A DNA stretch of 64,000 nucleotides. Source: a virus (taxonomy: Duplodnaviria; Caudoviricetes). The translations under genes and the position numbers were made by a program. The stretch's first letter is position 1; every line of letters begins with the position of its first letter. The stretch is taken from positions 64,001-128,000 of IMG/VR virus record IMGVR_UViG_3300028601_000023. One strand, 5' to 3'. Shown here piece by piece: positions 61,959 to 64,000 of the stretch. The notes below the pieces were generated by a model, which worked only from the letters and a program-made list of their open reading frames with translations, had not been told where the DNA came from and made no database searches.

Positions 61959-62357
61959 ATGAAAAGAGAAATATATTCTGATTTTGATATACTATTCAGA
62001 CAAAATGAATTGACTGGTGATATTGTCAAAAAGAAAAATACTGAATCTATCAAACAGTCATTAGCTCTGTTATTTAAGACTCGGTATTATGATCGAAAAT
62101 GGCATCCAGAGATTGGATCTTATTTTGCTGATTTGTTATTCAAACCAAATGATCCGTTCTTTCTGTCTGTTGTCAAAACAGAAGCAGAGAACCTGATAAA
62201 GAACTATGAGCCACGAATTAGATTGCTTGATCTAAAAATCTTTTTTGATTCTGCAGATGCTATAGATCGTGGAGAAGTAAAGATTGAAATGATATACGAA
62301 ATTTTGGATCTATCTCAGACTGATACATTTGTTTATGTTATCAATCGGGTTAGATAG
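61959..62357 (+). CDS. baseplate wedge subunit gp25
   Basis: YSDFD, SIKQSL, PEIGS, NYEPRI. Confidence 0.92.
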   Translation: MKREIYSDFDILFRQNELTGDIVKKKNTESIKQSLALLFKTRYYDRKWHPEIGSYFADLLFKPNDPFFLSVVKTEAENLIKNYEPRIRLLDLKIFFDSADAIDRGEVKIEMIYEILDLSQTDTFVYVINRVR

Positions 62358-62365
62358 GAGAACTA

Positions 62366-64000
62366 ATGAATACAACTAACATTACTTTTGAAGGTTTAAA
62401 ACAGAATATAGTAGAAGTACTTGCTACTAAAAATGAATTTAAAGATATCAATTTTACGGCTCCTGCTATTGTAACTTTGATTGATGCTCTTGCTTATACT
62501 TCTCATTATTTACTACGATACGCCAATTTCAGTATCAATGAATGTTTTTTAGATTCCGCGCAACAGAGAGCAAATATTGTTTCTCGCGCAAAGTCTTTGG
62601 GGTATATGCCATATCAATACTGCGCTGCTCGTAATAAGATTCGTTTGAAAGTAAAGAATCCTGAAGTAAATGTTACTACATCTGATTTTGTACCGGCTAA
62701 TACCGTTTTCACTGCAACAGATGGATCTTCTTCATATCGGTTCAGCTCTTTAGACAATGCATATTTCTATCTTGGAACCGATGGATTCTGGTATGCAGAC
62801 GTATCAGTTGTAGAAGGAACATTTGCTGAAGAATTCTATACACAAGATTTAAACTACACAACAAAATATTTACTGTCCAATGCGCAGGTAGATACAAAGT
62901 ATATCAGAGTAACTGTAAAGGACACTTCTTCTGCTATTGCATCAACCACTTTTGCTTTTGCTGATGATATTGCTGGTATTGGTCCTGAATCTTTGGTTTA
63001 TTTTATGCAAGAGTCTTATGACGGCAATATAGAAATTCAGTTTGGTGACGGAGTACTAGGAAAGAAGCTTGAACCAAACAATTATGTTTCTATTAAGTAT
63101 CTTGTAACTTCTGGAGCAGAAGCAAACAATATTATTAAGTATGGACTATCTTATAATATTGGAGCGATATCATATTCTGATATTTCTATTACACAGGTAG
63201 AACGTGAACTAATCGGATCTGACAAAGAACCAGATGAATCAGTAAAGTTCCTAGCTCCAAAGATGTATCAGCGACAGAATCGAAACGTAACTGCACAAGA
63301 CTATGCTGTTGCTATCAAATCCGTGTATGGTGATTGGATTCAGTCTGTTGCTGTTTGGGGTGGTGAAGAAAACGTTCCACCACAATATGGAAGAGTCTTT
63401 ATTTCAATCAAACCAAAAGACATTGATATTCTAACAGATTTTCAAAAAGAAGACATCCTCGCTTCTATAGCAAAAAAGAATATTCCGTGTATCGGACTGG
63501 ATATTGTAGATCCGTCTATCATCCAGATCGATATTGTTCTAAATATCAACTGGCATCCATATAAAACGAATCTTCTACGGTCTGAATTAACAAACAAGAT
63601 CTCTGATGCAGTTATTAGATATTTTAACAATGAAGTTGAGAACTTTGGAACAGGATATAAGAACTCTCAGCTGCTTTCTATTGTAACCAATGTAGATCCT
63701 TCTATTGCTTCGGTTGCAACTGAAACGTCTATTAAGCAATTTGTGACTCCACTGTTTAATACTACTGCATCTCATGTGTTCTTTTTCAATAACAAATTGA
63801 AACCTGGATCAGTTGTGATTGGAACATGGGTTGCTGTTGGATCTTCTACCCCACATTACATATATGATCTAAATGGTAAACTGATTTATAACAATGGTCT
63901 TACTACTTCAGAAGTTGGAACGGTCAACTATACAACTGGAAGAATCAGCTTAGAGAGTTTCGATTTCGGCGCTCCAGCAAATACAAAAATCAAAGTATCG
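62366..64000 (+). CDS. baseplate wedge subunit gp6 (runs off the window; not in ORF track)
   Basis: own translation from ATG 62366: FKDINF...LIDALAY..HY...NECFLDSA..R..IVS.AK.LGY; later FGDGVLG, QNRNVTAQDY, VWGGEE. Confidence 0.92.
   Translation, partial: MNTTNITFEGLKQNIVEVLATKNEFKDINFTAPAIVTLIDALAYTSHYLLRYANFSINECFLDSAQQRANIVSRAKSLGYMPYQYCAARNKIRLKVKNPEVNVTTSDFVPANTVFTATDGSSSYRFSSLDNAYFYLGTDGFWYADVSVVEGTFAEEFYTQDLNYTTKYLLSNAQVDTKYIRVTVKDTSSAIASTTFAFADDIAGIGPESLVYFMQESYDGNIEIQFGDGVLGKKLEPNNYVSIKYLVTSGAEANNIIKYGLSYNIGAISYSDISITQVERELIGSDKEPDESVKFLAPKMYQRQNRNVTAQDYAVAIKSVYGDWIQSVAVWGGEENVPPQYGRVFISIKPKDIDILTDFQKEDILASIAKKNIPCIGLDIVDPSIIQIDIVLNINWHPYKTNLLRSELTNKISDAVIRYFNNEVENFGTGYKNSQLLSIVTNVDPSIASVATETSIKQFVTPLFNTTASHVFFFNNKLKPGSVVIGTWVAVGSSTPHYIYDLNGKLIYNNGLTTSEVGTVNYTTGRISLESFDFGAPANTKIKVS

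Noticed and set aside
1-64000. Stop-codon reassignment
   Set aside because: Core genes are full length under the standard code, end in TAA, TAG or TGA, and no suppressor tRNA is present

Overview
AT-rich (roughly 35% GC by eye) 64 kb segment of a T4-like myovirus genome, most likely infecting an anaerobe (class III RNR nrdD/nrdG, ThyX, radical SAM). It has long + strand runs of small early ORFs driven by a repeated sigma70-type promoter/leader cassette. It also carries T4 core genes (gp30 ligase, gp1, Rnl2, RNase H, dsbA-gp33-gp59-gp32, gp2, gp4, gp26/gp51-like, tape-measure-like, gp5.4, gp25, gp6), nucleotide metabolism genes, a 7-tRNA locus with extra structured RNAs, lysis genes and internal head proteins with T4-type capsid-targeting N-termini. 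The most notable items are: (1) a duplicated ~370 bp non-coding element (20490-20854 and 57271-57634) with IHF and DnaA-box consensus sites and GAA-triloop hairpins on opposite strands, one copy directly upstream of an exonuclease-less PolA/T7-RNAP-superfamily gene, which may be a dedicated origin-priming system; (2) a dispersed cytosine hypermodification pathway (dCMP hydroxymethylase-type TS, kinase, sugar-nucleotide enzymes, two GT-like proteins and a C5-MTase homolog with altered SAM-binding motifs); (3) a radical SAM/SPASM gene followed by proteins sharing the N-terminus MKIRxGFVSNSSSSSF; (4) a probable programmed -1 frameshift joining gp26-like and gp51-like ORFs. All protein calls come from motif recognition only; no database searches were run.
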